From NCBI GenBank assembly GCA_019828565.1, contig JAHDYR010000066.1, positions 496,001-560,000 of the forward strand: a DNA stretch of 64,000 bases, written 5' to 3'. Position 1 is the first letter of the stretch; every line of letters begins with the position of its first letter. The notes below the pieces were generated by a model that saw only the letters and a list, made by a program, of their open reading frames with translations, was not told the origin of the DNA and did no database searches. The position numbers and the translations under genes are program-made. Origin of the DNA: Carpediemonas membranifera BICM. Taxonomy: Eukaryota > Protista > Fornicata. Positions 62,001 to 64,000 of this stretch are shown here, in pieces.

Positions 62001-64000
62001 TGACGTCCGCAACCGTGCCCAGAACGGTGGTGATATCCAGGACGGTTTTGCCCAGGGTGGTGAAGAGCACAGGCGAGATCATCTCCTCGAACGTCCTGGT
62101 CAGCGTCGCCGCCAGTCTCTCCGCCGAGAGCACGGCCTCGGGCCCGGTGAGCTCCCTGAGCTTCTCCGCAAGAATGCCAGTGCGCCCGCAGAGGGCGTAC
62201 CGGGCTGCGGGGATGGCGCGTTTGGGTGCCCTAGGGTCAACGATGAGGACCTTAAGGTGCGCACCGAGCTGAGTGACCTCAACAAGCAGGGCGCTACAGA
62301 TGGCAGGGCCGAGGTTCTCGACACCAGCCTCTTCTGAGGCCAACAGCAGCTCGGACGCCAGAACAGACAACGGAAGACAGGACATGACGCGCACACGCTT
62401 GGCGAACTCTCGCAGCCACGCCAGACGCCTAGCACGAGCCTCAGCAGTCATGAGGGGCCAGGCGCGCTTCCACTCATCGACGCGGCGCAGGATTCCGTCG
62501 TGCTCGATGTCGCGGGGCTCGGCGTCGGGTGGCCGTCCGATGTCAACCTCAGGCTCCTCTGTCTCCTCGTCGCCGGCCTCAGCCTTATTCTCGGCCTCAG
62601 CCCGGAGCCGTTCGTCCTCGGCCGTCATCACGAGCAGATTGCCCTGATCCAATAGGGGCAGCGCGCTCACTACCAACGACCCGGCGACACTGGGGGCGCC
62701 AGTGGCAGCCTGATGGAGGAGTAGTACGATCTCCTCCTCGGGGTGGGCGGCGATGGTGACGTTCGACACGAGCCCCGTCTTCAGGGCCTCGTAGCGCATG
62801 GCAGCCCGCACCGTCCCGACCTTGACATCGGGTCGGGGCGTCTCCCACCGGCTGTCGCCGAGGGCCGCGTCGTCATTGTAGGGCAGGAGCATCTCCTCGA
62901 TCGTGATGGCGGTGAAATACGCCGCTGAGACGCTGTCAAGGGCTACGTGCGCTGCGACGGCCGCCTGCCCGATGCTTACAGGTAGCAGGACCGACATAGG
63001 GTGGTACTCGCGGCACACTGACCACATCGAGACAACGAAGGGGCCCACCGTTGTCATCAGCCGCGGACGCATCAGCGGCAACACTGCGTGCCACCCGAGA
63101 CCGACGAGTAGCAGCGCCGTCTGTCTGGCGACCTGGGCGAGGGCGGGGGTCGCTGAGAGGAGCAGGCGCTCGATCGCGCCAAAGCCCTTCGAGATCATCC
63201 TCAGCATGCTGAGTAGCGCGTCTGCAGCAGCAGCACTGATCCCACGCGTCGGCGGGGACAGCGGGGCGATGCCCGCCTCCCGGACCCGGATCACAGCACG
63301 CGCTATGTTGGCCCGCAGCTGGGCGAGGTCCCCGTGGCGGATCTGGGGGATCAGGCCCGCCGCAGCCTCGACCTGCTCGGGGTCTCCGCGGGTCACAGCG
63401 AGCAGGATCGCCTGTGAGGCGACCTCGTCGAAGTCCTCGAGGCCGGACGCCGAGGCCACTGAGGCGATCGCGGTACAGTCCCGGGCTGCGATCATGTTGA
63501 TGATGCCCTCGACGTCACTTGCGGCCGGTGCGGCCTTGGACGGCTTCTTGGCAGTCTTGGTCGGTGTCTCCCGCCCCTTCACCGCAGCGGGGGCGGGGGA
63601 CGCGGCCGCCTTGAGGGGGGCCAGGACCGAGGCCTTCACAGCGGCAGAGTCCTCGATCGTCGCCTCAAGCGCAGCCACGGCCTGGTCGGCGGGCTGTGCC
63701 GCGTCCCTGAGGAACACGGCGTGCGTATGGTGCATCGTGAAGCGCTCAGCAGCAGGCAGCGTATCCCCGGTCTGGCTCAAGAGAGACACGGCCTTCGAAT
63801 AGATGTCCACGCACTCTCGCGCGACCCCGGGCCGCCTTGCCACCACGGCTGCGGCCAACAACGACGTGAGCACCGCGCGCTGGGAGTCTGCACGGACCCC
63901 CTCGTCTTCGATGGCGTTAGCCACAGTAGCCGCAGCCACGCAGCACGTCATGCTGAGCCTGAGGTCTGTTCTCGTGGCGGTCCACACCTCTCGGGGCTGT
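56068..64000 (-). CDS. Very large helical protein, possibly CFAP46/TTC40-like; 5' end outside the window
   Basis: More than 2600 aa of Ala/Leu-rich TPR-like helices; C-terminal AVRDVSI and CVFDP.GD recall the CFAP46 C-terminus. The CDS is secure, the family call is tentative. Confidence 0.6.
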   Translation of the reverse strand, partial: QPREVWTATRTDLRLSMTCCVAAATVANAIEDEGVRADSQRAVLTSLLAAAVVARRPGVARECVDIYSKAVSLLSQTGDTLPAAERFTMHHTHAVFLRDAAQPADQAVAALEATIEDSAAVKASVLAPLKAAASPAPAAVKGRETPTKTAKKPSKAAPAASDVEGIINMIAARDCTAIASVASASGLEDFDEVASQAILLAVTRGDPEQVEAAAGLIPQIRHGDLAQLRANIARAVIRVREAGIAPLSPPTRGISAAAADALLSMLRMISKGFGAIERLLLSATPALAQVARQTALLLVGLGWHAVLPLMRPRLMTTVGPFVVSMWSVCREYHPMSVLLPVSIGQAAVAAHVALDSVSAAYFTAITIEEMLLPYNDDAALGDSRWETPRPDVKVGTVRAAMRYEALKTGLVSNVTIAAHPEEEIVLLLHQAATGAPSVAGSLVVSALPLLDQGNLLVMTAEDERLRAEAENKAEAGDEETEEPEVDIGRPPDAEPRDIEHDGILRRVDEWKRAWPLMTAEARARRLAWLREFAKRVRVMSCLPLSVLASELLLASEEAGVENLGPAICSALLVEVTQLGAHLKVLIVDPRAPKRAIPAARYALCGRTGILAEKLRELTGPEAVLSAERLAATLTRTFEEMISPVLFTTLGKTVLDITTVLGTVADVISDFWTHAEADADHKAALRRHSLRLRATQARLTEMVTMCVFSAFTPELEVTTPGGTVRSRPSSRPSSRPSSAAGGARAREGLGLGLGQLAKVDQPTGLPEITSVHAAYNMLMPPSLVDDLVSLGTHQSSAVPGFGDGTPLSVEPLNISGWRQTFAEALDLTPDLIPGEFITELAESSKQLVAMAKTAVQTSMTRDGALVPTTDAASDYPLVETIAAVAYRVTLAHARCLGQPTPPPLAGDAVLTLASGIEALAVCQLGHDPIDTLLAATLAAAGAVAADLGASMLPLVTLGSIMAAKAVSLTKAAVMLRWARDIPADLEDRAPHPLVEAGKGGAPEVRVVRCVDDDYHTAVASLGLSVVKLHGVDDAVEHHAAAEVIATILGELETAAGIAVRREDAALVTNISLAAASAVSKLSIPRQTDAAVNAGVRLITVLAPAIHGLESPPPLAPVREWGPELFGAMLRVLTQKQKWETAHDLVQLAFKSLPAATHAVLWSHRAVIAARTGDSVRTLALGQTAKAEAANICLGYARNSTGEHQAEAVAYAREILEGALPVPAADEAAVIYLHLAKVALIQALTRTDTASTLLDAVEAHVAKSEEQFRVAGIPVPVTAAVVRVTVHLVTALTGGDVDAILRAAETANEIVLDAVRMTGEFDTPVPVLADSAQLLLHENYEEHLIMLQDVAQSHNEQAGGGSVVQSDVALLAQALLGTIPAAMDMHAVVPLSSVVILAQLHCNLLPDEISVGLKLLLDLCKVHAHIEGCTGLVGGVSGMSALAAWKAMAETVLDGWVSSIDEELLHGVETLAEPSPVSDTVLPRLERSSIVGTIAWASLSLGECDLAGRLLSAISRQSTPLDPCLVALRPALDLASGNPVKAANDAATILHGTGRTSGLSIAAKTRLFLVLGQALCDVNRVRDAEAVLAAFVAELDKAGITGPAIRPRVSFALFRAAMQSAKAATVQLDIDTINEMHGDVLPPPDEDLPMPHGSPAASEVSGAGSVSSFAMSSLRGGSARSLQSVRPRTDSPLATLLKAVGSVVPAEVTTKGKAELQYAKAVRMLDLTLHDAKPNPASLANFTIEFAESVISHNFPAVTEASEPVFDHVHATLTRAVRDLDAALAAIADKREQTTQRCAVWQAVDGSGPGSVPRLAAFSREEARLHACRGKLLLKLFYEETERLGELVVGLVDFPRESGRSDEAVLRFLAGLDDKFGESSGNIRGGAKCALDAAESFKTALRILGEVTEEGEPKPLSGNRPKLAAECVAGLAAATWFRAKEAWREDRKPETWQALLAWSDAEAQHQLDHAAWETAMEAHNAAVARHIDAGVDDEEAHAAVGEPPAEPPRPACLPESLEDAELAAMWASVAVLDETCFGERVDQCEDVVRIISDEWARRHGTAIQTPAAGKKEKKDAKPGKTAKQPDGPSIAAEAAKWIAEQSVAPHISEARRSMHTAFIEATQAGAWDVVAVLADCMVDWAFPQPRTAVVALAQAAQAQLSMSRITDHMAVICASAPTSVALSQRRSLSAVENAFLEVVQPCSQAFAVEARRLQHVHAKWGALVELEVPLLTEDPVTTPDGLIAAMSPPDCPMLDKLDGATSDVTVCHRHGDRVWAYWATKTAVVRLKFNATEATVLTQLIDHLYDLGGCIMARHDMMAFMPRSIPAGQVAPKGRATLSRSVSIGAFSTSDGASQISAAETEMFADVIQHERCMLDLYELIKTTLPADLPTSGVFVGPPEMLQYPASLLPAVRDVSIIVHMARPAAPPDSVSCVFDPDGDLTAMATTMPEAFKTLLATPESIRQGRPDVTSWASGHLPTSADHIHTFLGPATTAQRTTVIYSASTPWGMLFEPEWMATQRRVTGWVVLDKAQLLAGYHRTRRGLRTISGGAVSRHLVTTLLMTSEVQDQPPAFILTMPHHAPFPMGQKALTLVLDSMAAKGGATARTAMEAIRAGTKPGRDGDSRLPIFLEDNVVVFGNSAAPLK

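Overview
Gene-dense, GC-rich eukaryotic DNA from a flagellated protist. Tiny 28-34 nt GT-AG introns (mostly GTTTGT donors), very short intergenic spacers and RTAAA-type 3' signals suggest a fornicate metamonad such as Carpediemonas; this identification is inference. The window holds about 28 host genes. Housekeeping genes include two inverted identical RPS5 copies, RPB8, RPS10, SRP9, Sec61-alpha, V-ATPase C, biotin ligase, Derlin and NOC3-like. There are also ciliary genes (DRC10, probable CFAP46-like), two TmcB-like membrane proteins and a giant Cys-rich surface protein with about 8.8 near-identical 597-bp repeats. The standout is a Fanzor-like (eukaryotic TnpB-family, RNA-guided RuvC nuclease) element family. 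Two near-identical copies (about 2905-4459 and 11081-12633, minus strand) flank a membrane-protein gene. Both stop just after the RuvC-II glutamate, with no Zn-finger or RuvC-III. Two short ORF-less relics (about 28407-28669 and 38787-38951) keep only the element's 5' end, including a conserved hairpin and a CC(T)TATCCTGC motif directly upstream of host genes. All family assignments come from motif recognition by eye; no database search was run.
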